Assembly: GCA_012295275.1 (NCBI GenBank)
Contig: CM022672.1
Coordinates: forward strand, 2,604,001-2,668,000
Source: Chrysomallon squamiferum
Lineage: Eukaryota > Animalia > Mollusca
Length of the DNA stretch: 64,000 nt
Direction: 5' to 3'
In this document: positions 30,095 to 44,440 of the stretch, in pieces
How positions within the stretch are numbered: the first letter of the stretch is position 1
How the letters are laid out: every line of letters starts with the position of its first letter
Notes under the pieces: model-generated
Seen by the model: the letters and a program-made list of their open reading frames with translations, nothing else
The model's database searches: none
Told to the model about the DNA's origin: nothing
Program-made: the position numbers and the translations under genes

Positions 30095-30442
30095 TAATAG
30101 CTAGTGGTTTCGATTCCTGGTTCAGCCAGCTTATTTAACAATGGTTAACAACAGTAGTGACTTTCTAATTAAGATTAACTGATGTCCTTGTTTCACCGAT
30201 TGTGTGATTGGAGGCAGAATAAAACTGCTTGCTACTGTTACTGACTAACAGCCACTTCAAAGTCATTATTATATATTTCCCATCTACGGAAGTTGCTTAC
30301 GAAAGATCCCTTACTGCTGGAAAAGAAAGAATAGCTTTTCTTTTTGTGATTGCTAGTGACATCTTAAATATATCTACGATGTAGAATAACCGTTGATTAA
30401 AAATGTGCTGTATGGATGGTTAAATAATATATTCATTCTCTC
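30095..30442 (+). mobile_element. Decayed Nin/Deu-domain tRNA-SINE
   Basis: B-box-like ggtttcgattcc (30106), cagccag, then aaagatcccttactgct...aaagaatagc and a 3' tail ataaccg...aaaaatgtgctg...gttaaataa. The order matches my recollection of molluscan Nin-SINEs (AAAGATCCCTTGCTGCT...AAGAGTAGC). Confidence 0.6.
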
Positions 30443-31494
30443 GTTTACAGGAAGTATAATCTAACCACCTTGAAATTTAGAAATTGTAAAAGGAAAAATA
30501 AAAAGATTCAAAAAGAGCAGAGATTTTCTAGTTTGATGCGAAACCAAAGTGTTTACCCCTACCCAGGCAAAGCTGACAATAGACCAAGGCCAGTCGGGAA
30601 ATCAAGGCTCCATTTCAAATGCTCGTTAATTACTGGTAAATGCATATGATTCATACATGAGGTATATGCATTTGCATACAGTGTATATTATATATGCAGA
30701 ATAAAAGACGTGTATAAGACATCTGAGAACAGAACATACGAAATTAAATACAATAGAAAATTCATATTTATTCTCTATTCGGAATTTCAGATCCTTAACC
30801 GTATAAGTAATCTTTACTACAAGATTCCCCTTTGCCTCTGCCATGAGGGATTAAGTCAATGTCTTAACAATCGAGATGTTTTTACGCAAAGAGTTATATT
30901 CAGAATGTAATACTTTTGTCTCTCTACATATATTTATATAACTAAAAATGTATGTTTTAAGGACTTATTGATATGTATTGATCCACACACAAACACACAT
31001 TTATCTATCTATATTTATTTATCTACCATCATCGAATGAACGTCTGCATATCTGTCTTGAAAGACACATAAATAATCTTGCAGCATGAGGTCTATTACTT
31101 TTCACTTGTTGACGAGAACAAACAGAAGTTCTACCTGTCGGTCACTGACACTTCATACTTTCAAGGAGCATACGGCTTGAAAAGCAGATCGAACAAAATA
31201 GTCGGCTAATTCCTGGCAATGCTTAGACCATTATACTGTGTTCAGTGAAACAAATAATGCTCTGACGTACAGCCGGAGAATGCGGTGAATACTTAGCTGT
31301 TTTCCGAAGTCTGTGAGTTGTGATGGAAGAGCCGATTCTTTCACAATTAATACTGCTGAATGGAGAAGAATCAGTCGAGATAAAACCTAAATAATAGTTA
31401 TGAAACGAGATGGTGCTCTTCTCTTCTCTTTATTACTTTTTGTTTTTTCAGTCTGTTTTCTTTACAAATCAAATGACAAGTTATCAAGTGTCTG

Positions 31495-31975
31495 TTAGCT
31501 GACTGATGGTTTTAGAATGGTGAAAGTGTGGTTGGTTGTAGAAAAATGGAGTCCTGTATGGATGCTGGATGGGTGAATCGTGGTTGGGTATTGCATGGTG
31601 AATTACACCTAGGTGAATATTGGATTGGTGAATTATGCTCGGGAACTGTATGATGGGTCATACTTGGCTGATTTTGATTATGGTTTATTATCTGATGTTG
31701 GAGTTTTTGTTCTAGGTTTCGTTGAGTTAAGTAATGGAGTTATGGGTGGATGTTGGATAGATATGCTGTGACTGGTTATTACTTAGGTTATGGTTGATTG
31801 TCTGATAGTAAGTCGTGTTTGTTTTTTATCTTTGTTGATATAAACGTGAATTTTGAATGAGGATTTTTGCTTGTTTTTGAAATTTTGCACATTTGATTAG
31901 ATGTTTGATCGTTGAGGTGTAAACTATTATTTTATAGAGTGATTGCTGGATGGCTGCAGTTTTGACTGGCTATTT
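31495..31975. repeat. G/T-skewed decayed tandem repeat (recurrent GGTGAAT / TGGAT)
   Basis: GGTGAAT recurs near 31572, 31597, 31612 and 31627; C-poor top strand. Confidence 0.6.
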
Positions 31976-32989
31976 AAATAATTTATTAAAAGAAATTATT
32001 AAAAACAAATGCATGTAATTGATTTGTTTTAATCAAGAAACAAAACAAAAAACAAAAAAATTAAATAAATAATAATAATAATACATAATAATACATAATA
32101 CATAACACATAACACGTATTAAAGTATCGATACACATTCATCAATGCAAACAAGTACTATTCACTATCTACTCATCCATTCGTCCACTCATCAATCTATC
32201 ATCCATTCATTCGTGTCTGTCGAACATTAAAAAAAGCTGAAAATCGATCTCCTGTCAGAAAAATGTCTTTGCAATGCACAAACAAAAAAACAACAAGTGT
32301 AGGATTCATTCTGTGGTCAAAACGATCATTCGCAGTTAGCGCTCAGCGATCACCTGTCAGAGGTCGAGCTTACGTACGTCTAAACAAATCGTGAAAAGCT
32401 CGTGTGAGTCTAATCGATGCACTGGTATTAAGTTGGCTAATACTTCACGCATGATGGACTCCATATATTCGTGGCTTGTCCAGGCGGCAGTTAGTTTTTT
32501 GTGTGTTTGTTTCGTATTTCGTGTCACAACGGTCACATGCTAAACCTGCTTATGTTGTTATGTTAGGGCCCGTGGATTCCCGTGATCACATTTGGGTTAT
32601 GTTTCAGAAAAAAAAAAAAAAGAAAAAAAAAGGGAGAAAAGAAAAGAAAACTATTTTTTGATGCAGTAATTTGATTAAAGCCTTTTTCTAGAGGATTTAT
32701 TACACTGGTAATGCATATTAAAAGTTTAATATGTCGTTTTTGTCGTGATTTTAATTAATATTTCAGTTAAAAAAAATAACGCGGACATTAACTTTTACAT
32801 ATGACGTATATGTCTCAAAAATCATTAATTCTTATATCTGTTTTTCTTTCTAGGTTACCTCTGTCCCTGTCATTTCCTGATAGGTATCTTCCTTCTTCCA
32901 GGTATATATAGATTTTCTAATTTCATCTTAACTTATCTTATCTAATCTCTGTCTTACTTATTCCGACATCTGTCTATCTATCTATCTAG

Positions 32990-33239
32990 CTACATACATA
33001 CATACATACACATACACACATACATACACACACATACATACATACACACATACATACATATATACATACATACATACATACACACACATACATACATACA
33101 TACATACATACACACACATACATACATACACACATACATACATACATACATACATACACACATACATACATACATACATACACACATACATACATACATA
33201 CACACACATACATACACACACATACATATATACATACAT

Positions 33240-33292
<53 letters not shown>

Positions 33293-33312
33293 CATACATA
33301 CATATATATATA
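32990..33312. repeat. (TACA)n/(CA)n/(TA)n compound microsatellite
   Basis: Direct reading. Confidence 0.97.
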
Positions 33313-33908
33313 TATTCTTTCTTTCTCTACAGATTATTTCTTTCTGCAAAGTCGTTTCAGGTCAAGGATCATTCTAACACCAGTTTAATCAGTTACGTCC
33401 AGGCTGAACAACTACTGACGTAATCGCCATTACGTAAACGCTTTTTCTAAACGGGCGTGTCCGGGGGGCAGTTGTCGAGCCACCGGCAACTGGACTAATA
33501 GACTGACATGTGGTCAGCCAATGTGCTGTGCACGTAATCGTGGATACAGCTGATCTCAAGCAGCAACTCGCCGCATGTGAAACCAAACAAAACTGGCCGG
33601 TTCAATGATCGATGAATTGAGCACACAACACAAATAAGCCGGACATCAGCCTGTTAGTTAACTTCATTTTTACCGCAGGGTGTTTTTCTTTCTTTTTTTT
33701 GTTGAGGTCAAAAACTGACCGGGAATAAAATACATGAATGTATGAGTGGTCATGTTAAGTTCAATAAAGAATATTAGCCTTTTTCTTTCTTTTTAGTTTT
33801 CATTTATTTTCTCGATTTTTTATTTTTATTTTATTTTATTTTTTTGGAAACAGAGAAAGACGTTGACATATGATTCGATGGGAAGATGGATCGTTATATG
33901 TACACATA

Positions 33909-34093
<185 letters not shown>

Positions 34094-34719
34094 ATTATAG
34101 TTAATTTTAAATCCGCATAGTTTTCTCAATAATAATATAGTTATATGAATCTTTCATCTTTAAAGAAAAGTTTGAGGCAATAAAACCATATTCCAAAATT
34201 TTATTATTTACACCCAATAATTATAGTAATATATGCGTTTAATATATATTATGTATGCTTGTGAATATATATAAACACACATACGCCTATCATAAACAAA
34301 TCTTCAGAAACACAAAACCAGTAATCCTAAACATAATTAATACAGCAGATGTAGCATATGATATACAGTCAGTGAAATATTGTATTTCAAATAATCTTTA
34401 TTACTTTTCTTTTTGATCTGCGGAGGAGTGAACTAGAAACTTATTAGGTCATGGAACACGTTTAATTCGACTTCTCCGTCATACTTTTATAATTCAGCGG
34501 AAAACAGCATAAAAATATTTGGCATATACTGTCCTGATCGTAGGGGTAATATATACATTATCACATTATATTATTAAATATAGGAATTGTGATTGTTTTT
34601 CTTAGTCTTTTGTTTCTGATTTTGTTTTTATTATTATTATTATTACAATTATTATGTTCTGTTATTATTTATCATTATCTTTATTCTTCTTTCCTTTTTT
34701 CGATTTGTTCTCTCTCATT

Positions 34720-34746
34720 GAGAGACAGAGAGAGAGACAGAGAGAC

Positions 34747-34828
<82 letters not shown>
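34720..34828. repeat. (GA)n microsatellite with GACA interruptions
   Basis: Direct reading. Confidence 0.97.
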
Positions 34829-34833
<5 letters not shown>

Positions 34834-36008
34834 AATGGATGTGTAAGAAAGAATGTGCTAATAGAATTTAGGCTTCAAATCCTTGAACTTTGATCCCCAA
34901 TGCTTATATTAACGGGTTACTTATGTGAATTCCACACATCTGATCCGGACCACAAGCAATGCAAACCAGCTGCAGCACTGTTATCATTGGTAACTGGAAG
35001 TCCTATGTTCATAAAACTCTCTCAGAACATGAAGCTCAAAAGAAAACTCGTATTCGCTTGAAAGGGTTCGTAGATGTTTAGAAGCAATTGTATTATCCGC
35101 TCACGTATTCCACAAAAGCGACCATAAAAATCAGCCGAGTTTAAGATTAAATAAGAACTTTATCCACCATCTGAAACCGCCGTGGAATGACAGACGTTAA
35201 CACTAAAATATCCTCTGTCAAATTCTTTCTTGTTTCATGTCGTTTGTTCCTAGACATTTATTGCTAAACCGTGTGTGGCCCATAAGTAAAATTTAACGCG
35301 AAGGATGCAGTCTTTAATTGTGGTTTTCATCGAGTAACTAAAAAAAAAAAATGTATATTTATTTAACGACTATCTTCCACTCGAGTGATAGCTGAACGCC
35401 AACTGTTGAGAAATTATTGAAGCTTTGTGAAGCACGTTTTAAAAAAACAAATAGAATGGAAAAAATGTAAAAGTGTGAAATATTATTCAAATGTACAAAC
35501 AGAGACTGAATATAAATATTTCATTATAATATGATGTTTAGAAAACTTGTTTATATAAGGTTTCATTTAATTTAGTATCAGAGAATCCGTTTTAGAACAA
35601 TCTGAACAGAATAGATTCAGTTTTGTTTTTCAATGAAACTTTTTTCCACGACTAATCCAACTAGTACTTCCTCTATAACTACGAATATTACTACTACTAC
35701 TGCTATTATTACTACTGCTACTACTAATACTACTACTGTTATTTATGCTATTATCATTGCTACCATTGTACATATACTACAATTACTGACATCATCATCA
35801 TTGCTCTACTATCACGTGACAGAAGCAATACCTGTACTTTTCCATCTTTAATTCTGTTTATCCTATCGTAAAATCATTAAACTGGAAAACTGTGCAATCG
35901 ACGTTAAAGTGATCACCACTGCATTACTTTCTCTTTTTGGTGTCAATTATAAAAACATTAAGAAAACAGTCATTAAAAAAAGTTTTGCTATTGAATCACA
36001 CTGATTAA

Positions 36009-36199
36009 CACTTTTCATCGTTCTCAAACACAACAAACGAAGAAACTCGAGATGTCGTAGACTCTCTGAAAAGCCCTGAATTTAGAGAAAAAATCAAGGA
36101 AAGAATGCGGGCAGAGAAGAAGACAACAAACAACCCTGACGAAGACCATCACTCAAAACAAGACGTATGGCATGAGCGAGATGATGGAGTCAGAAGGAG
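36009..36199 (+). CDS. Candidate internal coding exon (charged, helix-like peptide), unassigned
   Basis: Stop-free frame ...SNTTNEETRDVVDSLKSPEFREKIKERMRAEKKTTNNPDEDHHSKQDVWHERDDGVRR ending at GAG|GTAATG (donor 36200); acceptor weak. Confidence 0.22.
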
Positions 36200-36476
36200 G
36201 TAATGACTATTTAATGGTCGTTCTGACCATCCAGACCAGTCTGTTTCCTACTGGATGCATTTAGCGAGGATTCAGACAGACAGATGAAGCTGTAGCACGG
36301 TTTCCTCAGCCATTACTATTGTCGAATACCCGATGCAAATGATTCCATTAGCTATTTTTATGGAGAAACATAGCAGTCGTAAAAAGTTTCGCTTTGTTTT
36401 TGCCATCTTTTGATGATGATTTCTAATCTTTCGGTACTGGAAATATGGTAAAAGATAAAAAGAAAAGAATTTAATG

Positions 36477-36557
36477 TATTCAAAAACAAAGCATTGTGAT
36501 AATAACTATTCAAAAACATAGCATTGTGATAATAACTATTCAAAAACATAGCATTGT
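36477..36557. repeat. 30-bp tandem repeat, about 2.7 copies
   Basis: tattcaaaaaca(a/t)agcattgtgataataac repeated. Confidence 0.95.
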
Positions 36558-38565
36558 TTATCTACAATTTCTTTGACGCGGTAATTAAATATCTATCTAC
36601 TGATTATTGGAAACATGCTAGGGGAGAGAGAAAAAAACAAGTTTAATGCGAAATAATGGCGATGCAAACACAGAGCAATCTTTATCTTCAATTTACTCGA
36701 CTTGGTAATTAAATATCGGTCTACCAATTATAAAGTAATTGTACACTGCCATTCTGGTGGAAGATAAACACTGTATTATGTTTGTAGATAAGACATGAAG
36801 GGAAACGTTATTTACACTGTGACCACAGTTTACGCTGTATGAGAATACGACATTAATTGTCCCTAGCGTTGTGTAGTGTTTAATTAGTGAACACGATAAA
36901 AATAATGTGAATAGAAATACTTTGGAGCGAAGGTTTTTGGGGATGTTTGTTTATATATTTTTGATAATTGCTTTTAATTTAATTTAATTTTTTTATTATT
37001 ATTATTATTATTATTTTTTTTTTTTTTTTTTTGTAGTTTGGTTATTAATAGAAAGTGTTTTGATGATGTACATGGTAAATATAATGTAAAATAATTTCTA
37101 GATCGCACTTTGGTTTTATTTTATTTTTGTTTATGTTTATTTGTTTCTCGCAGTTTCTCGTAGCTTTTGTGTTTATTTTTGGATTTTAAATATGTTTTTT
37201 TTTAATTTTATTTATTTATTTGGCAGGAATATATTGCCAAAAAAAAAAAATAATAATAATTATAATAATTATGTTTCACAATAAATATAATTACATATAA
37301 AAGTTTTTTTTTACGTTTGTTTTTGTTATGGGTTTTTCTTATAATTATTTGTCATGAATACAAACATTTTGAGCGCATTTCTTATTTTTATTCGTAGTAA
37401 ATATAACATGAGCATAAGCTCATTGTTTCTCTTTTGGCATGACTTCAAAGATTCGTATAAGTATTTCTAACAGTAAAAATGTTTATTATCTAATAAAAAG
37501 TACAGCAGCTTTATAAACGAAGTTACATCAGAAACTGGATACTTTACGACTGATACTCAGCACGTAAATTAAATTCGTGTTTCTACCATCACGAAGACAT
37601 CGAATGGTTTACGAAACCGCATTCTGTTTTAATAACATTAACAGCAGTTCGAGGGTTCAGTTAATGAAGACAAAGGAAAAAAGAAGAAACCCCTCCCCCT
37701 CACTGTCATTGAACTGTGGATTACCTTCATCAGTTACCAGAAAGAAAGAAAAAAAAGAAGATTTATATTAACATACACAGTAATGCAGTCTGATACCCCA
37801 GTTACAGAGAGATGGCTAGATCGGGATAATAATTGTATACCAAGCACCAAGGCTGATCCGTGTTCTAAAAGTTTCAATAATTTAAAAAAATTTAAAAATA
37901 TGAATCTCGATATCGAAGAAAAATATTTGTTTTTGTTTACCATATTTAAACTATTACCCTAATACAATAATTAGTGTAAGTATTTAATCGGTGCAAACAT
38001 TCATACACTCACACATATGCATACACACACGTATGTACGTATATACAGACATATTACTTGCATACATACACAGAAGTGGCTGACAAATCCTGTTTTGGTC
38101 ATTGTTATGTCCACTGCAAGTATTAAATAATTCTCTGGGTAAAATGTTAAAAGATGAAAATGATAAAGTAAACAGTCTTTTGCCATTAACATCTTCAAGA
38201 TAACAGTATTATACATTGTTCTTTTTGTTTTATTTTTCACATTCGACAATTTTCATCTTCAATTTCTTTTATATATTTATATATATATAGTAAATTATTC
38301 TAACAGCTGGTTCTCGACGTGTATCACTTGCGGAACGTTAACTTTGTCATTAACTTGTCCTTTCATAACGACTATTAACCGCACGTTTTCTTTACGCCTA
38401 ACAAAACAAAATCAGCTATGGTCCTTGCTCCTGTATATGCCGATTAAATCAACAAAGTGACCATAACGAAACTTTTCTCCTGGTTTTGTTATTTTTCAAT
38501 TCTTCTTTTATAAAAAATAAAAAATAAAAAATTCTAAAACACGCGACCTGTTAAACCGCCGTTTG

Positions 38566-38750
38566 TTCCCACCTGTTTCCTTCTGTTTTTTTTTTTAAAA
38601 AAAAAAAAAAAAAGCTTGGACAAAGTGGTCAAAGCAGGTGATAGGCGGCCGTATCTTGTTTGTGCAGGTGCAAACTGGACAAACGTCTGTGCTAATTACT
38701 GCTTTGTGAGTGTGTTTATCATTCGGCGTGTTTGGTCGCTTAATTGCTGA
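38566..38750. promoter_or_regulatory. Cluster of CAGGTG/CACCTG E-boxes with TAAT sites
   Basis: CACCTG 38570 (overlapping TTCCCAC), GCAGGTG 38634 and 38664, CTAATTA, TTAATTG. Confidence 0.35.
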
Positions 38751-41399
38751 TCATTGGTGCCCTAAACATGCTCGCATGCGTGGCAACGTGTATCGAAACG
38801 TTTTATCTCGACGGTATCAGTTTTTTAATGTTTACTACATCAATTACACACCTTTTACTGTCAGTATTGTTTATTGTGACTTAGTTTATTATTTTATGTC
38901 TGCAGCAGGTTTGGCAGTTGTTGTTTTTTGTTTGTTTCTTTTTTCTTTTTTATTTTTTTATTTTTTTATCGTAAAGTGTTCGTCTTGATTTTTATTTTTT
39001 TTTTAAATTTTTTAGGATTACAGTAGTTTTCGAATTCCCGAGTTAAAGGAAATAAGCAAAGTAAATAAATAAATAAATAAATAAATAAAAGGAATAAAGA
39101 AAAACAGAAGAGAACACAGAAAAGATTTTGCTGATGTCAACAGAAGAAATGATTTAGTTAGTTTTGATCATTGTAGAGTTGAAATTTCCCGCTGAAAAAT
39201 GAATGGATGGAAAATAAAGAAGTAGAAGGAGCGAAAGTTAATTGGTTAGTCGTAGTGTTGTAGTAGTAGTAGCAGCAGTTGTAGAAATACTAGTACCAGC
39301 AGCAATTGTAGTAGCAGTAGTAGCAGTAGCAACGGTAATTATAATAATATTAGTAGCAGTAATAGTAGTATGTATATATTAACCAATAATTATGCATAAA
39401 ATAAATCAGATAAGTAGAAATGTGGGGAATATAATTCACAGCAAAGTAAAATAATTTTACTGAGATAATGGTACGAATATGTCTGCTGTTAATAAGACAC
39501 CAACACTGTTAATCGTATCAAATATTGTTAGTGCTGACATCAGAACGCCAGCAAGGAAAAAAAAAAAAAAGTATAAAAAAAAAAAAAAAAAAAAAAAATG
39601 ATTGATAGAAATAAACCAACAAACAAAATAATCCTTAGGAAAGAAAAGTATTAATCGAAAGAGAACGACAAAGAAAAGAAAAGACTTTAAATTAACTTGA
39701 CGAAACAAATTTCACATTCCAGAAACTGTCTTTCTGTGTTTAAACGCAGCATTACTTCAGCACAATTTATGTTTCTTTTGCCAGCAGTTATACTTCGTTC
39801 CAAACTGAAACCTTTTTTTGTCCAAGCAGGGACACTGCATACATTAACCAGTTTTCACCACTCTCAATTAATGATAAACTATTGCGTAACGACACATTTT
39901 GCTCGTGACCTAGATATTCGCACAGCCGTCTGCTGTTTGAGGAATTCCTTCACCTCGCGTCTCGTGGCGCAGAGTAATGAGGCATTATTACTTTGTCCCA
40001 CTTGCAGTTAGCTGCCAGCTCCAATACCAGTTGTCGTCGGTTAAATCCACAAAGCTGAAGACAGCTGGCGATCTTCGAAATGGAGTTTTAATTGGCTGCC
40101 AGGATCGGCACGGTTAATCTTGACCGTGTCCATCACGATACGCTCTGACGGGGTTGGACAGACTCACTCGGTACTGTTATCTCATAAACGATTTGTGTCT
40201 CGGCACAGTCGCCTTCTGTTGGCTCTTATCTTTTTCTTTTTTTTTTTCTTTTTCGACTTCTTTTCTTTCTTTCTTTAAACTTCTCGTATTGCGAAAAGAT
40301 TTTTTTCTTTGCCGGTTGTGAATATGGTATTAATTTTTAAAAAGAAATATCAGACTTGAAGAATGATAAATAGCTTCGTTGCACTTTATGAGAAAAGAAA
40401 AGTTCTTACTGTCATTGCCAATGTGTCATATGTATAATTAGTTTAAACTTTGAGACTGCACGTTTGTAATAATAATAAACTATCATCATCATCATCCTCA
40501 TTAGTATAATATTGTTAGTTTTTATCAGTTATAATCATCTATAATAATATATCAGTTGTAATTTTCTTAATATATTCTTATGTTATTCGTTTGTTTTAAT
40601 TTATTATCTCTGTCTGTCTGTCTCTCTCTATCTCTGTTACAGGTTACAGAACAACTTTTATTTCCTTCCATAAATTCAAATTCTACAGCAGACGACGGAT
40701 GCCTCCTTTGGCGTAAGATCACTGTGACGAGTTACGACATCACACGTGTCTTTGTCTGACGGTATATTTGTATGATGTAACTTGAAGACGTAAACAAAGT
40801 ACAATTATGACAATTGTTTTTGTTTTACTGACGCGGTTACATGACACTGAAGATCACTTTAAAACGAAAACCTGCCCTGCAAGAACAAGACGACGCCTCA
40901 CCTAATTATGACAACTAACAGACGTGCGTGAACCTGCACATTTTCACGTAGTCCCCAATGTGTCCCACAGTAATTGTTTTTATAACATATGCCTTTACAA
41001 ACACGTCCGTGTATTGTGTTCTGCAGTCTACGTGAATTCCAAAAACAATTTGATCATAAACATATTAATCTTAGCAAGACAGATATGAATGGGAGTAATG
41101 AAAAATATCTGCACTGCTGGCTGACAGTGGTGTCGTTAACTTTTAGTTACAGCAAACTGAGGCATGTAATGGAACCAGCTGGCTCGCTGTGCAAAACGAG
41201 AGAAATTTGAATTTACTCATGCAGCAATTTTCATTACGTATTCTAGATCGTCAAGTCAAGATAAAAATATTACAGTCGCGGTTGTTTCTCACGAACCCGA
41301 TCTCTGCAAAGTTCAAGCACGTTTGTCAAGGGAACGTCGTCCTTGTCAAGGGAAATATGTCATGACCGACTGACTTCAACATGGGGCAAGACAGAAGAG

Positions 41400-41448
<49 letters not shown>

Positions 41449-43013
41449 ATATCTTCTTGATTTAATAATTAAATTTTGTGAAATCAAAGGACTGCGGAAA
41501 GTTCAAGATAATGGCATTGTCTTTGAAAAGAATATATGAGTTTTGGATGTTTTCCAGAACATTTACTGAAATGCGTTAATGGCATTCTTCTAGTGTCAAG
41601 GGTATTTTTAATTTCACTGAACAAAAAGACAATTTTATTGTCTTAAATTTCAACACACTGACCCAGTTATTCGTTTCTAAAGACCTTTTATACAATTCAG
41701 AATCATTATTGCCTCGAGTAGCGAGAAAAAATAAAGAAGCAAAGAAAAAAGCACTTCCCGATCCACAAATACCAAACTTGGCGGATACGTAAAATAATAA
41801 ACTAAAACACAGCAAACAACACTGACAGTTAATGGTGTGTAACTGATGTAATTTTACTCTCTCTACAACAGAACATAAAAACTGATATACCACTGAGATA
41901 AAAATTAATGATAGCAGAGGAATGCGGGAACTGAGTAGAAATCGTAGTAGTAGTTGCCGTTGTTGTTGTATCAATAGCATCAGAAGTGGTAACAGTAGTA
42001 ACAGTGACTGCAAAAGCATCAATAACAGCTGAATAGTAGTAGCAGCAACAGAAGCATTAGTAGTTGTTGTAGTAATAGCAGCTGCAGTAGCAACAGTACT
42101 AGTACTTTTTCTGGCATTGACACAAATCTGTTTCACCTAGGTCATTCTTTAAAATATGTCAACCAACGTTTTTTGGTGGGTTTTTGTTTTTCATTCGTCG
42201 TCAAATAGGAACAACATATTTCCTTTTTGAAGTGGAAACAGAAGAAATTTCGCAAGCTTTTAAATGCTCCAGTAATTTCAAGTGCAACAACTTCAGTCAC
42301 ACCGCTTTAGCTATGCGGTTTAGTCGATCGTGTGTGTTTGTGTTTGAGAACTTGAGAAATTTAAACCCCTCTTCGCTTGTACTAGCTGAAGTGGGCTAAG
42401 ACTGGTACATCCTGTGAGAAAGTTTTGGATGGTTGATGACTAGTTTTTCTCTTTGCATCAATAAACAACGCACTGCAGTTTTATGGATCATTGCTTGTTG
42501 GATAGGAACTTTTTTTCCATATGTCACAGTCAGTTTAGTGTTGTTGAACGACGAATAATAGTTTTCGAGAAATAAAGAAAGTTGATGAAACTTAATTGGG
42601 AATGTTGTGATCTGTGATCAGTTCAAATTTGTTTGCCAGCACATCATTATTTAGTATTATCCGAGTCTTACATAATATTGTGTTCATATTCATTTTATTT
42701 CATTTTAACTAGTATCTTTGACACGTGGAAAGTAAATATGAATAAAATAATTAGGATCCATAGATATGTTTTTTTCTTTCTTTTGTTCTTGTACTGATTC
42801 TTTAGCATGCCATTGCCATAATTATTTTTCATGGAACTGCGATGTTCCTGTGGTATAAAGTTTTAAGAAAATGGAACATATAGCAATTAGAATACGCAGT
42901 TATTTATTGTTAGCCGAAGGATTAAGTAGGTATGTCTTGAACAAACATTCTTCATGCTGGATTATTTCGCAATAACATTGTTAATATGTTAATGTGCCCG
43001 TGAAATAAATAAG

Positions 43014-43110
43014 TGAATTACCATGGCCATATATATATATACACACACATCTCGAAATATCACTGGCTGAGAGCTAAGCTAATGACTACATTCGATCCCA
43101 TACCACCCAG
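43014..43110 (-). mobile_element. Decayed Nin-type SINE fragment
   Basis: Minus strand reads tgggtggtatgggatcgaa...ctcagccagtg...ggccatggta, the same motif order as the 44340 copy. Confidence 0.4.
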
Positions 43111-43677
43111 TCTCATGTCCCACAGTTTCGTAACTTATGTTACCCTGCGGCTAGGATCGGGGTGTAGGGAGCTTCGCGTCAGAACAGACACTGATACAGA
43201 GATCACCTCGTAGCTAGAAAACAGCTGTGACAAATTGAAGCCAGCGATGGCTGGTGCAGATAACATTTTGCTGTTGCGTAACTTTAAACGACGGCCGGTC
43301 GCTGTAACGAGAGGCTTGCTTGTTCCTTCATCCGCAGTAAACATCTCGCGCAATGTGCGAACGCAGCGAAACCACCTATGGCGGAAGGGCGGGCGCGTGA
43401 AAATTGCAGGCTTTGTAGCCTTGACTCGTTTTTTAAGGTCACGATGCCCGATTTCAAAGTTGAAAGGGTTTAGAGTAGGCGTAACTCTTAAAAAAAAAAA
43501 AAAGGAATAAAAAAGGAAAAAAAAGAAGAAAGAAGAAATAATTCGAATTTTCAACGACGCCAGTCTAAAGTTAAAGGCTAATACACACTGATGTCATTCT
43601 GAGTAACTTTTTTTCTTTTTCAGTGATTCACATTTTTTTATTTTTTTTTATTTTTTTTTTTATTTATTTATGTTTTG

Positions 43678-43723
43678 GATAATAATAATAATAATAATAA
43701 TTATTATTATTATTATTATTATC
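43678..43723. repeat. Perfect 46-bp palindrome GAT(AAT)6AA-TT(ATT)6ATC
   Basis: The left 23 nt are the exact reverse complement of the right 23 nt. Confidence 0.93.
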
Positions 43724-44106
43724 ATTATTATTTTTTTTTTTTTTTATAATTTTAAAATTTTATTTTTTTAGATATTTATTTCATTTTATTACTTGAAAAA
43801 TAATACGTTTGTGTGCGTGCGTGTGTGTCCGTGTGTGTTAGTATTCATGTGAAATAACAAAATAATGATCATAATAATAATATTTTTTAATTCACATTGG
43901 ATGTCCTCTAAATAACACAACCAACAAAACTCGCTCAGAGCAAGTACAAAAATACAGCATGTTTGGTTATTACTCATGTGTAAATACCAGTGTACGTGAA
44001 AGCGATGATAAATACTTACAGAAATGACAATGGCAGGATATTATCATTATTAATATTACTAACATGGTATGCCGTTACATGTAATTCGCAATACGTAGTC
44101 AAATAA

Positions 44107-44126
44107 AGGTCAAGGGTCAAAGGTTA
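44107..44126 (+). promoter_or_regulatory. Triple nuclear-receptor half-site array (two overlapping DR1)
   Basis: AGGTCA-A-GGGTCA-A-AGGTTA. Confidence 0.4.
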
Positions 44127-44339
44127 CATCTGAGGCACTGCTCACTTGAGTCGTATCTCCATGATATTAGCATGCAATCAAATTATAAATTATATATATC
44201 TAATTACCAGTTGACTTGATTTAATATGCCGGTTGCGTAACAAACAGGCAGTCTGCAATATTTTATTTAATGAATTTCGGCAGGCAGGTGGCATAAATAT
44301 AATTTAGTAAACAGCTGTAGGTATGAGAAAGAAAACTGG

Positions 44340-44440
44340 CCTGAGGATATGTGGGTTGTGGGATCAATACTCCTGCATGTCCCAGTTAGCATATTTCTCG
44401 TTACAGCCAGTACTTTGATTTAGCAAGGGGCGTTAGTATA
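44340..44440 (+). mobile_element. Decayed Nin-type SINE 5' half
   Basis: tgggttgtgggatcaat...gcatatttctcgttacagccagt...caaggggcgttagtat versus recalled consensus TGGGTCGTCGGATCGAT...GCTATTTCTCGTTCCAGCCAGTG...CAAAGGCCGTGGTAT. Confidence 0.6.

Noticed and set aside
36477-36557. 30-bp repeat as a CRISPR-like array
   Set aside because: Contiguous tandem copies without spacers; eukaryotic context; no cas genes
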